Below are positions 18,373-27,762 of a DNA stretch of 64,000 nt, piece after piece. Below the pieces are notes generated by a model. That model made no database searches, was not told the DNA's origin, and was given only the letters and a program-made list of their open reading frames with translations. Where the stretch lies: the NCBI GenBank assembly GCA_046598915.1, contig JBKJHO010000028.1:2039-66038 (forward strand), in the 5' to 3' direction. Source of the DNA: Marmoricola sp. Its GTDB lineage: Bacteria > Actinomycetota > Actinomycetes > Propionibacteriales > Nocardioidaceae. The first letter of the stretch is position 1. The number at the start of each line of letters is the position of its first letter. A program made the translations under genes and the position numbers.

Positions 18373-19793
18373 CCCGGGCGGTCGTCGTCGGCAGCGGGCC
18401 CAACGGCCTTGCGGGCGCGGTCAGGCTGGCGCAGGCGGGACTCGAGGTCACCGTCCTGGAGGCGGCGGACACCATCGGCGGCGGCACCCGTACGACGGAA
18501 CGGATCGTCCCGGGCCTGCTGCACGACGACTGCGCGGCGTTCCACCCCACCGGCGTGACGTCGCCGTACTTCTCGACCCTCGGGCTGGAACAGCACGGCC
18601 TGAGCTGGCTCTGGCCCGAGATCGACTTCGCCCACCCGCTGGACGACGGCCGGGCGGGCGTGGTGACTCGCGACTTTGCCGACACCGATCGGACGTTGGG
18701 CGACGACGCGCGGAGCTGGCGCCGGGTCTTCGAACCGTTGGTCCGGACCTTCGACAAGATCCTGGCCGATGCGATGGGTCCGGCGATACACGTCCCGAAG
18801 CACCCGGTCGCGTTCGGCCGCTTCGGCCCGCAAGCACTTCTCCCGGCGACGGTGACGGCCAAGCACTGGAAGGACGACCCGGCCCGGGCGCTCTACATGG
18901 GTGTGGCCGCGCACGCGTTCGGGCGGTTGGACACGCCCCTGAGCGGATCGGTCGGGTTGCTGCTCGCCGCTGCCGGGCACCGGGCCGGCTGGCCGGTCGC
19001 CGAGGGCGGCAGCCGGGCGATCGCGGACGCTCTGGTGCGGGTGCTGACCTCGCTGGGCGGCTCTGTCCGCACCGGGGTCACGGTGACGTCGCCGCGCCAG
19101 CTGCGTGACGTCCTGGGGCACGACCCGGACGTCGTCCTGCTCGACGTGTCCCCCGCCGGCGTGCTCGACATCTACGGTGATGCCCTGCCAGGGCGAGTAC
19201 TCCGGGCCTTCCGCCGCTACGAGTACGGGCCCGCGGTCCACAAGGTCGACTACGCCATCGAAGGCGACGTGCCGTGGACCAACGAGGACTGCCGTCGCGC
19301 GGGCACCCTGCACATCGGAGGAACCGCGGAGGAGATCGTGAAGGTCGAGGGAGCAACGGCCCGCGGCGAGATGCCCGAGCGGCCGTTCGCCCTGATCGGC
19401 CAGCAGTACCTCGCTGATCCGAGCCGCTCCTCGGGGTCGGTCAACCCGGTCTGGGCCTATGCACACGTACCTGCCGGCTACACCGGCGATGCCACCGACG
19501 CGCTCACCGCCCAGATCGAACGCTTCGCCCCGGGTTTCCGGGACCGCATCGTCGGTACCTACACCCGGTCGGCAACCGAGATGGCGTCGTACAACGCGAA
19601 CTACGTCGGTGGAGACATTGGCGTCGGGGCCAACACCGCCCGCCAGATCGTCTTCCGTCCGCGAGCAGCCCTCAACCCGTACACGCTCGGCATCGACGGG
19701 GTCTACCTCTGCTCCTCGGCCGCGGCTCCCGGCGGGGGGGTCCACGGCATGTGCGGCTTCAACGCCGCAGAGACGGCGCTGAAGCGGCTCTAG
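18369..19793 (+). CDS. Phytoene-desaturase-like FAD-dependent oxidoreductase
   Basis: VVVGSGPNGL Rossmann motif, PGGGVHGMCG; GTGA overlap with DUF3556. Confidence 0.9.
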   Translation: MTRAVVVGSGPNGLAGAVRLAQAGLEVTVLEAADTIGGGTRTTERIVPGLLHDDCAAFHPTGVTSPYFSTLGLEQHGLSWLWPEIDFAHPLDDGRAGVVTRDFADTDRTLGDDARSWRRVFEPLVRTFDKILADAMGPAIHVPKHPVAFGRFGPQALLPATVTAKHWKDDPARALYMGVAAHAFGRLDTPLSGSVGLLLAAAGHRAGWPVAEGGSRAIADALVRVLTSLGGSVRTGVTVTSPRQLRDVLGHDPDVVLLDVSPAGVLDIYGDALPGRVLRAFRRYEYGPAVHKVDYAIEGDVPWTNEDCRRAGTLHIGGTAEEIVKVEGATARGEMPERPFALIGQQYLADPSRSSGSVNPVWAYAHVPAGYTGDATDALTAQIERFAPGFRDRIVGTYTRSATEMASYNANYVGGDIGVGANTARQIVFRPRAALNPYTLGIDGVYLCSSAAAPGGGVHGMCGFNAAETALKRL

Positions 19794-19844
19794 CTGCGCG
19801 GCTCGGGAGATGTCGAGCCTGGCGCTGCGCCGCTGTCCGGGGTC

Positions 19845-20372
19845 TCAGTCGACCGGTGTGATCCCCGCCAGGTGCCGCTGCGCCAGCTCCGCGTAGTACG
19901 CCGGGTTGGCGTCCACCCAGAACTGCGCCATCGTTCCCTCGATCGGCTTCTTCACCTGCGCCGGCGTCCCGGCGGCCAGCACCCCCGGAGGTATCTGCGT
20001 CCCGGGGCTGACCAGCGAACCGGCAGCCACCATCGACCCAGCGCCGAGACGAGTGTCATCGAGCAGGGTGCTGCTGTTCCCGAGCAGCGACTTCTCCTCC
20101 AGCACGGCGCCGTGGACGACGCAGGAGTGCGCGACGGTGGCACCGGGTCCGACCTCGACGACGGCGTCCGGAGCACCGTGGAGGACGGAGTTGTCCTGGA
20201 CGTTGGCGCCCTCGCGGATCACGATCGAGCAGATGTCGCCCCGCAGTACGGCGCCGTACCAGACGCTGGCGCCCTTCTCGACGGTCACGTCGCCGATCAG
20301 GGTTGCGGTCGGGGCAACGAAGGCTTCGGGGTGGACGGTGGGGCGCTTGCCCTCGAACTCGAAGAGATGCAC
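19845..20372 (-). CDS. Gamma carbonic anhydrase family protein
   Basis: Hexapeptide repeats, VLRGD, NVQDNSVLH, AHSCVVH zinc ligands; GTG start at 20372. Confidence 0.9.
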   Translation of the reverse strand: MHLFEFEGKRPTVHPEAFVAPTATLIGDVTVEKGASVWYGAVLRGDICSIVIREGANVQDNSVLHGAPDAVVEVGPGATVAHSCVVHGAVLEEKSLLGNSSTLLDDTRLGAGSMVAAGSLVSPGTQIPPGVLAAGTPAQVKKPIEGTMAQFWVDANPAYYAELAQRHLAGITPVD

Positions 20373-20382
20373 GAGGGCGACG

Positions 20383-21861
20383 TTACTGGGGGTCGGAAGT
20401 TTCGGCAGGCTCGACGTCGACGGCGCCGAGCGGTTCGGGTGGGGCGAGCGGGTGGTCCGGGTCGCCACCGTAGTCAGCGCTGCCGTCGGCGGCGGCGGAC
20501 GCTCGCTGGACCGGGACCGTACCTGGCGTCGTCAGGACGGGTGGCGCTACCAGGGTGTCCTCGATCGTGACCTCGACTGGCTCTGCCATCCCAGAGAGCT
20601 TGATCATCTCGCGGCGCCACCCGGGCGTCTCCTCGAGTGACCGGGCCGTCCCCGGTCCCATCAGGATCTGACCGTCCTGGGCGCGGCTGCAGAGCCGCGC
20701 GGAGAGGTTCACGGTGGTGCCGATGGCGGCGTACTCGAGCTGTTGCGCGGTGCCGATCGCTCCGACGGCGCACTCCCCCGAGGAGATTCCGATACCGATG
20801 CCGAGCGGCGTCTCCGGGGTCGCCCACTTGTCCGTCACGCTTCGGACCCGGGCCATCATGTGCCGCGCGAGGCGGAGGCCAACCCGGGTGTGGTCCGGAC
20901 GTGGGTAGGGCGCCCCGACCAGGATCAGGGCCCCGTCCCCGGCGAAGTCCTTGACGGTCGCGCCGTACTCCTTGGCAGCGTCGATGACGACGGCGTAGTA
21001 CTCCTGGAGCACCTGGACCATGAACTCGGCGCCGTGCGCCTGGGTGAAGCTGGTGAAGCCACGCAGATCGATGCTGACCGCGGTGAGGCTGTAGATCTCG
21101 GTCCGGATGTCCGTGCTGAGCCCGGAGAGGTGCGCGGTCTCGGCAATGTCGGGGGACACGAACCGCGCCATGTTGCTGCGTTCGTCGAAGAGCGTGTCCT
21201 GCTGGGTCTCGATGATCAGGTGGTCCACGTAGGTCTGCCGGGTGATCCACTCCATCGCGAGGTTGAGCACCATTCCGGTCAGCAAGGCGGTCAACGGGAT
21301 GAAGAGCCCGACCGCGAACTGCTGGTCGTCGACGACACCGTCGGCGTGCAGCTGGTAGGCGGCACCGGCCGCGAGCAGGCAGTACGGCGTGACCGAGAAG
21401 AACGCCACCACCGGCGGCAACCGGAACATCGTCAGGCCGAAGTACGCCGCCATCGTCACGCAGGCGCCGGTCAGCGCCGGCTGGTCCATCTTGTAGGTGA
21501 GTGCGACCGCGAGGATGCCACCGACCAGGTTGGCCAGAGCGCTCCAGGTCTGGGTCAGGTGGCTGGTGCTGTCGCTGCGGGAAACCGCGGCTCCGACCAG
21601 CAGCAGCCCGATCATTGCCGGGATCAGCACCAGGGCGAGGCCGCGGAAGTGGTCGAGCGCGCCGAAGATGACAGCTATGAACGCACAGAACGCAGCGCCG
21701 GCGGCGCCGTACATGGCGACGTGGGTGAACGTCCGGACGTGGTCGCGTCGCCACGTCCGGTAGGAAGCCTCAACCGCCTCTTCGGTGAACCGCAACCCCC
21801 ATTGGGTCTCCGGAGAGGTGAGTTCCGAGACGACCGGCCATCCGTCAGGCCTGGTCATCAC
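20383..21861 (-). CDS. 6-TM membrane class III nucleotide cyclase
   Basis: TM N-terminus; IDLRGFT, KDFAGDG, EYAAIGTTVNLSARL. Confidence 0.9.
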   Translation of the reverse strand: MMTRPDGWPVVSELTSPETQWGLRFTEEAVEASYRTWRRDHVRTFTHVAMYGAAGAAFCAFIAVIFGALDHFRGLALVLIPAMIGLLLVGAAVSRSDSTSHLTQTWSALANLVGGILAVALTYKMDQPALTGACVTMAAYFGLTMFRLPPVVAFFSVTPYCLLAAGAAYQLHADGVVDDQQFAVGLFIPLTALLTGMVLNLAMEWITRQTYVDHLIIETQQDTLFDERSNMARFVSPDIAETAHLSGLSTDIRTEIYSLTAVSIDLRGFTSFTQAHGAEFMVQVLQEYYAVVIDAAKEYGATVKDFAGDGALILVGAPYPRPDHTRVGLRLARHMMARVRSVTDKWATPETPLGIGIGISSGECAVGAIGTAQQLEYAAIGTTVNLSARLCSRAQDGQILMGPGTARSLEETPGWRREMIKLSGMAEPVEVTIEDTLVAPPVLTTPGTVPVQRASAAADGSADYGGDPDHPLAPPEPLGAVDVEPAETSDPQ

Positions 21862-21872
21862 TCATCGGTCTG

Positions 21873-22301
21873 TCAGTCACCCTGGTCGCGACGAACCCGC
21901 TCTTCGGTGGCGCCGGTGAGGGCGTCCTTGAAGTGCGGGATCTTCGAGTTCAGCTCGGCCACTGTCTCGGCCGTGAAGTGCAGCGCCTCCAGGGGGGTCT
22001 CGGTGATGACCGTCGCCGAGCGGAGCTTGTGGTTGACCAGTGCCATCTCGCCGACCAGATCACCGGCGCCCACGCGAGCGACCTCGGTGCCGGAGCGACG
22101 TACGGAGACCTCGCCGGACAGGATCAGGTACGCCTTGTCGGCCGGCGTGTTCTCGGCGATCATCGCCCATCCCTCAGGAACGGTCAGGTAGGTCGACGTG
22201 TCCAGGACCATCCGGATCTCGTTGTCGCTGAAATCCTTGAACCGGGTCAGCTTGGCAAGCTGCTGGATCCGTGCTTTGTCGTCGGACTCTTTGCCGCGCA
22301 T
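21873..22301 (-). CDS. Stand-alone cyclic nucleotide-binding domain protein
   Basis: YLILSGEV...GDLVGEMAL...RSATV; GAGGAG RBS before ATG 22301. Confidence 0.9.
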   Translation of the reverse strand: MRGKESDDKARIQQLAKLTRFKDFSDNEIRMVLDTSTYLTVPEGWAMIAENTPADKAYLILSGEVSVRRSGTEVARVGAGDLVGEMALVNHKLRSATVITETPLEALHFTAETVAELNSKIPHFKDALTGATEERVRRDQGD

Positions 22302-22476
22302 TCGCGGACTCCTCTCGTGCGACCCGAACCTGGTCGCGCAGGCTGCTCCCTTGGGTAGATTCTCATGGCTGGAGAGGGGCTTGTCCATCACCCGCCCGGG
22401 TGTGTGCCCGTTGAGTGTTCCGGGCCCGGGGCCGGCCTCGGACCTGGCCAGGGATCGTAGGGGTAGGTTTCGGCCC

Positions 22477-23811
22477 ATGACGGCGACGGTCTGCATCATC
22501 GGCGCAGGGTCCTCGGGGATCACTGCCGCACAGGTCCTGAACGCCCGCGGAGTGGAGTTCGACTGCTATGAGGTCGGCAGCGAGGTCGGCGGGAACTGGC
22601 GCTACGGCAACGACAACGCGATGTCCTCGGCGTACGCCTCATTGCACATCAACACCTCGCGCCATCTGATGGAGTACGCCGCCTACCCGATGCCGGAGAC
22701 GCTGCCGGACTACCCGAGCCATGGGCAGATCGCGGCCTACTTCGACGCCTACGTCGACCACTTCGGATTCCGGGACCGGATCAGCTTCGGTACCGAGGTC
22801 GTCCGCGTCGAGCCGGTCCCCGGCGGCGGGTACGACGTCACGGTCCGGGCCGCGGGAGGTGCCGGCGCGGCCCCGGACACCCGACGTTACGAGCAGGTGA
22901 TCGTTGCGAACGGACACCACTGGAAGCCCCGTTGGCCGGAGCCTTCCTTCCCCGGTGCCGACACCTTCCCCGGCGAGGAGATCCACGCGCACCACTACCG
23001 GACACCGGAACCGCTCACCGGCAAGCGTGTCCTGGTCCTCGGCATCGGGAACTCGGCCTGCGACATCGCAGTGGAGTCATCCCGGGTGGCGACCGCCACC
23101 GACCTGGCGATGCGACGCGGCGCCCACATCTTCCCGAAGTTCATGTTTGGCGTACCGACCGACCACCTGACCGACTCCGCCCTCGCGCGGGGACCGCTGA
23201 AGGTCCAGCAGGTGGCGATGTCGCTGATGCTCCGGCTGACCCAGGGCAAGGTCACCGACTACGGGCTCCCGGAGCCGGACCACGCCGTCCTGCAGGCGCA
23301 TCCGACGGTGAGCCAGGACCTGCTCAACCGGCTCGGGCACGGTGACATCACCATCAGGCCGAACATCGACCGGTTCGAGGGCTCCAAGGTCTTCTTCACC
23401 GACGGCACCGCGGGCGAGTACGACGTCGTCGTCTACTGCACCGGCTACGTGGTGAGCTTCCCGTTCCTCGACGACCGGGTGGTGCCCGCCGAGGACAACC
23501 ACATCGACCTCTACCGGCGGGTCGTCGACCCGGAGAACCCAGGCCTCTACTTCATCGGCCTGATCCAGCCGCTGGGCGCGATCATGCCGCTCGCGGAGGC
23601 GCAGGCCGAATGGGTCGGCGACCTGATCACCGGAGTAGGGGTACTGCCCCCGGTCGAGGAGATGAAAGCGCAGATCGCCGATTACGACCGGAAGCTGACC
23701 AAGCGGTACGTCGCCTCGAAGCGGCACACCATCCAGGTCGACTTCCACGGCTACCGGTCCGAGATCGCCAAGGAGCGCAAGCGCGCGGGACGACGGGCCC
23801 GCAAGCGCTGA
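22477..23811 (+). CDS. Flavin-containing monooxygenase
   Basis: IIGAGSSG, FPGEEIHAHHY (FMO motif), LGIGNSA, YCTGY. Confidence 0.92.
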   Translation: MTATVCIIGAGSSGITAAQVLNARGVEFDCYEVGSEVGGNWRYGNDNAMSSAYASLHINTSRHLMEYAAYPMPETLPDYPSHGQIAAYFDAYVDHFGFRDRISFGTEVVRVEPVPGGGYDVTVRAAGGAGAAPDTRRYEQVIVANGHHWKPRWPEPSFPGADTFPGEEIHAHHYRTPEPLTGKRVLVLGIGNSACDIAVESSRVATATDLAMRRGAHIFPKFMFGVPTDHLTDSALARGPLKVQQVAMSLMLRLTQGKVTDYGLPEPDHAVLQAHPTVSQDLLNRLGHGDITIRPNIDRFEGSKVFFTDGTAGEYDVVVYCTGYVVSFPFLDDRVVPAEDNHIDLYRRVVDPENPGLYFIGLIQPLGAIMPLAEAQAEWVGDLITGVGVLPPVEEMKAQIADYDRKLTKRYVASKRHTIQVDFHGYRSEIAKERKRAGRRARKR

Positions 23812-24396
23812 TCAGGTGCCGTTGTTGAAGATGCCGCTGCCGTTGCCGCCGTACAAGGCGAGGCCGAGGGTGACGACGAGAGCGACGATGCACGCGGACT
23901 CCAGGAACCGGGCCGTCATCAGGCGCTGGGCCGGAGTCGCTCCCGCCGGACCTGCGGCTCCACGCAAGGACAGGATCACCAGGCCGCCGAAGATCGCGAG
24001 CGCGACGGTCGCACACAGGCCCCAGACCAGGCCGGCGCTGAGCGGGTTCCCGACGATCGCGCCGGTACCGAACTGGGCGGGCACGCCCACGACCCTGGCA
24101 GGCAGGATGAAGAAGGTCAGTCCGATCGCTGCGGCGTAGGCCAGCGACCGGTTGCGGAACTGGTCGTGGGTCAGCCGTCGGTGCTCGGACCAGAAGAGCG
24201 CTGCCGCCATGTACGGCGGGCCGCCGATCGCCCAACCGAGGAAGGTCCAACCGTCCGGTGTCGTCGGCGTTTTCTGCAGCTGGACTGCGATGTCCTCGCC
24301 GAAAAGTCGACCGACCACGAGGAAGACGATCGAGAAGGAGGCGATGAGCGCGCCGAAACGCACTCGCCTGCTCAGCGATGTCCAGGTGCTCCCCAT
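23812..24396 (-). CDS. Hypothetical membrane protein
   Basis: About 5 TM helices; TAGATT -10 just upstream of the ATG. Confidence 0.7.
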   Translation of the reverse strand: MGSTWTSLSRRVRFGALIASFSIVFLVVGRLFGEDIAVQLQKTPTTPDGWTFLGWAIGGPPYMAAALFWSEHRRLTHDQFRNRSLAYAAAIGLTFFILPARVVGVPAQFGTGAIVGNPLSAGLVWGLCATVALAIFGGLVILSLRGAAGPAGATPAQRLMTARFLESACIVALVVTLGLALYGGNGSGIFNNGT

Positions 24397-24447
24397 GCGG
24401 TGAATCTACTGGCTAGGGTGGATTGTCCGGAATCAGGCGCGGCCCCG

Positions 24448-24468
24448 GACCCGGGCGGTTTCCGGGTC
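24448..24468 (-). terminator. Hairpin after the RDD gene
   Basis: GACCCGG-N7-CCGGGTC. Confidence 0.4.
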
Positions 24469-25174
24469 AGTACTGCTGAGGCGCTGACGGGTATCCGGGG
24501 GGCAGTGCCTTGGCGCGTCGTACGACGATCGTCTTCATGAGCTTGTCGGCGAACGTCTGGCGCTTGTCGTCCCACAACGGCCAGAAGTAGCCGAGGTAGC
24601 AGGGGAGCTGATCCAGGATGTGCAGAAACTGGCGTCCGAGGGTCTTCCAGCCGCCGATCGGGGTGCCGGTCTGCTCGGAGACCACGCCGATGCCGAGGAC
24701 GGACTTGCCGAGGCTGGACCCGGTGCGGCCCTGACGCAGGATCTGGTTCCAGATCGCGAACGCCGCCCCGGCGACGTAGCTGACGATCATGATCCCGAGC
24801 CCGATGTTCTGGGTGCCCTCGGTCGCGGCGCGGTCGTTGTACAGAGCGCCGCCGATCACGGCGGGGATGTAGAACGGGATCAGCATCGCGCCGTCGAGGA
24901 GGAAGGCCGCGAGCCGGCTGCCCCAGTGCACGTACGGGTTCGACGGCGGGGACTGGTAGCCCGTCGGTTGGTACCCCGGCGGTGGGTACTGAGGCTGCCC
25001 GTACTGGGGCTGCCCGTACTGGGGCGGTGGGTACTGCTGGCCGCCGTTCGGGGGAGGCTGCTGCTCGCCCCACGGCGCGGGCGGCGGGTAGGCCGGCGGG
25101 GGCGGGGGGTAGGCCGGCGGGTCAGCGGGGGACTGCTCGGGCCCCGGGTACTGCGGCGGATTGGGGTCGGACAC
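24467..25174 (-). CDS. RDD family protein with Pro/Gln/Tyr-rich N-terminus
   Basis: WGSRLAAFLLD, GSSLGK, WPLWDDKRQTFADK. Confidence 0.9.
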   Translation of the reverse strand: MSDPNPPQYPGPEQSPADPPAYPPPPPAYPPPAPWGEQQPPPNGGQQYPPPQYGQPQYGQPQYPPPGYQPTGYQSPPSNPYVHWGSRLAAFLLDGAMLIPFYIPAVIGGALYNDRAATEGTQNIGLGIMIVSYVAGAAFAIWNQILRQGRTGSSLGKSVLGIGVVSEQTGTPIGGWKTLGRQFLHILDQLPCYLGYFWPLWDDKRQTFADKLMKTIVVRRAKALPPGYPSAPQQY

Positions 25175-25220
25175 GGGCGCCTCCTCGAGATGGTGCGTCG
25201 AGCCTAGGGCACCAGGACGG

Positions 25221-26213
25221 TCAGCCGGTGCTGTTCAGCGGTGGCAGCACGGACCCGTAATCCAAGCTCAGGGTCCCGCCCTTGCGGTAGGTGGCGACCT
25301 CGCGTGGATCGACGCACATCGCCGCGACGGTGATCAGGTGCGCGTGCTGGGCGGTCGCGATCCGGGTCGCGGCATCCTCGGCCCGGAGGGCCGCGGTGAT
25401 CGCGGGGCGGGTCCTGGCAGCGCCGTACAGGATGGCGGCCTTGCCCACGACCTCGCTCCAGGTAGGGGAATCGAGCGCTGCGATGGCATCCCGGCAGGCC
25501 CCGGTCGCGTTCGAGCCGGCGTCGACCACCTGCCTGACGAGGGTCTCGATGTCTTGCTGCCAGCCGTCGAAGGTGATCGAGAGGCAGGCGGCCTCGCCGA
25601 CGGTGGTGGTGCCTTGGGCGACGTCGCACTGGGAGCCGTTGACGTAGATCGTGGAGACATCCAGGTCGTAGGTGTTGATCGCTGCTACCAACCGGGTGCG
25701 CGGCCCGTCAGGGAGGTAGGGGAGCATCAGGTCCGGGTCCGGGGTGGCCGTCGCGGTGAAGGTGGTGGCCCCGTCGATGCCGCAGCCCTGGAAGACCTGT
25801 TCGAGGGTGCCGTTCAGAGTGCCGTCGGCGGTGCGGGCCCAGGTCCAGGTGAACGCCTCGCCGTAGGTGCCGTGGTTGGTCCCGCCGCACTCGCCTACTC
25901 GGATGTGCTCGCCGGTGAAGCCGCCGGGGCGTGACTCGAGCCGCAGGGTGTTGCCCTGGGGTCCACCGGTGCTGGCGGCGCGCTGGAGCAGGGCCGTGCA
26001 GGCCTCGTCGGCGCAGCTCAGGAAGGCACTCGTCGAGACCTTTGAGTCCCGCCCGGCACGGTTGCCGGGGAGGGTCGACTCGGTGATGACCGTGGAGAGA
26101 CGGTAACCGCCGACCGCATCCCGGGCGACAGGCGTTGGCTCGGCCGGCTCGGCTGAGCCTCCGCACCCGGCGAGCACCAGAACCGCCGCGACGAAGCACG
26201 CCAGCCTGACCAT
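25221..26213 (-). CDS. Cys-rich lipoprotein of unknown function
   Basis: Lipobox LAGC; GGAGA RBS; eight further Cys. Confidence 0.7.
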   Translation of the reverse strand: MVRLACFVAAVLVLAGCGGSAEPAEPTPVARDAVGGYRLSTVITESTLPGNRAGRDSKVSTSAFLSCADEACTALLQRAASTGGPQGNTLRLESRPGGFTGEHIRVGECGGTNHGTYGEAFTWTWARTADGTLNGTLEQVFQGCGIDGATTFTATATPDPDLMLPYLPDGPRTRLVAAINTYDLDVSTIYVNGSQCDVAQGTTTVGEAACLSITFDGWQQDIETLVRQVVDAGSNATGACRDAIAALDSPTWSEVVGKAAILYGAARTRPAITAALRAEDAATRIATAQHAHLITVAAMCVDPREVATYRKGGTLSLDYGSVLPPLNSTG

Positions 26214-26287
26214 CGGTTCTCCTCGCCTTCGACCGCTCGTCCGGGCGGTGACCGAGGTCGAGCGTAGTGCGCGGTCGTCCAGGGATT

Positions 26288-26308
26288 AAAAGTCAGGCTT
26301 GACTGTTT
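26288..26308. promoter_or_regulatory. Operator of the atu-like operon
   Basis: AAAAGTCA-GGCTT-GACTGTTT with core inverted repeat AGTCA-N4-TGACT, upstream of tetR. Confidence 0.6.
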
Positions 26309-26333
26309 GTTGGTTGCGGGGTCACCATGACCC

Positions 26334-26951
26334 GTGACCACTAGCCGGGTGCCCCAGGAGGAGCGGACGCGCGCCATGCGGCAGCGTCTGCTCGAGGCGA
26401 CCGTGCAGTGCCTGGCCGAGTACGGCTGGTCCGGTACGTCGACCACCCTGGTCTCGCAACGGGCCGGGGTCAGCCGCGGCGCGCAGCTCCACCACTTCCC
26501 GACCAAGAACGACCTGGTCGTCGCCGCCGTCGAACACCTCGCACTGATCCGCCGCGACGAGCTCGCCCAAGCAGCAGCCCAGCTGCCGACCGGTGTGCGG
26601 CGGACGCGCGCGGCACTGGAGATGCTCGGCGGACACTTCACCTCCGACGTCTTCAGCGCAGCGCTCGAGCTCTGGGTGGCGGCCCGCAGCGATGCCGCCC
26701 TGCTGGCCGCACTCGGACCGTTCGAGCGGACCACCGGCCGCGAGACCCATCTCCTCACCGTCGAGATGCTCGATGCCGACGAGGCCCAGCCCGGAGCACG
26801 CGAACTCGTCCAGGCGACGCTCGACCTGATCCGGGGCCTCGGGCTGGCCAACACGATCAGCAACGACCAGGCGCGGCGGTCCCGGATCCTCGACCGCTGG
26901 GCCGCCGTACTCGAGGACGAACTGCCTCGCCGTACCCAGGAGCCAACGTGA
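26334..26951 (+). CDS. TetR family regulator of the atu-like operon
   Basis: RAGVSRGAQLHHFPTK HTH. Confidence 0.9.
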   Translation: MTTSRVPQEERTRAMRQRLLEATVQCLAEYGWSGTSTTLVSQRAGVSRGAQLHHFPTKNDLVVAAVEHLALIRRDELAQAAAQLPTGVRRTRAALEMLGGHFTSDVFSAALELWVAARSDAALLAALGPFERTTGRETHLLTVEMLDADEAQPGARELVQATLDLIRGLGLANTISNDQARRSRILDRWAAVLEDELPRRTQEPT

Positions 26952-26973
26952 ACCCGCCGACCGAGGAGACACC

Positions 26974-27762
26974 GTGAATGCCGTGCTGGAACAGGTCCTC
27001 GCTGATCTGAGTGCCGAGGGCGACCAGCTCGAAGCGCTGGTCGCTGGGCTCGACGAACCCGGCTGGCGGAAGCCCACCCCGGCCGAGGGCTGGGACATCG
27101 CGACCACGATCGTGCACCTTGCCTGGACCGACGAGTGCGCGATCGCGGCGGGCACCGACAAGGAGGCCTGGGACGCGCTGGTGCTCAAGGCGATCGCGAA
27201 CCCGACTGGCTTCGTCGACGACGAGGCGTTCGCGGGGGCCCAGGCCACGGCCCCGGAGATCTTCGCCCGCTGGCAGGCCGGCCGCCCGGCCCTGGTCGCG
27301 ATGCTGCGCGACTACCCCGAGGGCCAGAAGCTGCCCTGGTACGGCCCGCCGATGAGCCCGGCTTCGATGGCGACGGCGCGCTTCATGGAGACCTGGGCGC
27401 ACGCCCTGGATGTCGCCGATGCGTTGGGCGTCGACCTGGAGCCCACCGACCGCCTCCGGCACGTGGCCCACCTGGGGGTCAGAACCCGTAACTACGCCTA
27501 CAGCGTCCACGAGCTCGAACCGCCGACCGAGGAGTTCCGGATCGACCTGGTCGCGCCCTCGGGCGAGGTCTGGTCCTACGGTCCGGAAGACGCCGCGCAG
27601 ACGTTGACCGGGTCGGCGTACGACTTCTGTCTGCTGGTCACCCAGCGCCGGAACCTCGACGACCTGGACCTGGTTGCGACCGGTCCGGACGTCGAGACCT
27701 GGGTCGGCATCGCGCAGGCGTTCGCCGGGCCGTCGGGCTCGGGTCGTGAGGCGCGCGCATGA
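26974..27762 (+). CDS. TIGR03084 family metal-binding (MDMPI-like) protein
   Basis: PTPAEGWDI...HL, ARFMETWAH, HVAHLGVRTR. Confidence 0.88.
   Translation: MNAVLEQVLADLSAEGDQLEALVAGLDEPGWRKPTPAEGWDIATTIVHLAWTDECAIAAGTDKEAWDALVLKAIANPTGFVDDEAFAGAQATAPEIFARWQAGRPALVAMLRDYPEGQKLPWYGPPMSPASMATARFMETWAHALDVADALGVDLEPTDRLRHVAHLGVRTRNYAYSVHELEPPTEEFRIDLVAPSGEVWSYGPEDAAQTLTGSAYDFCLLVTQRRNLDDLDLVATGPDVETWVGIAQAFAGPSGSGREARA

Noticed and set aside
18369-19793. crtI carotenoid gene
   Set aside because: No crtB/crtE nearby; the sequence fits the broader phytoene-desaturase-like oxidoreductase group
19845-22301. Pycsar/CBASS-type anti-phage system
   Set aside because: The cNMP protein has no TIR or TM effector domain, the cyclase is a 6-TM signalling type, and there is no defence-island context
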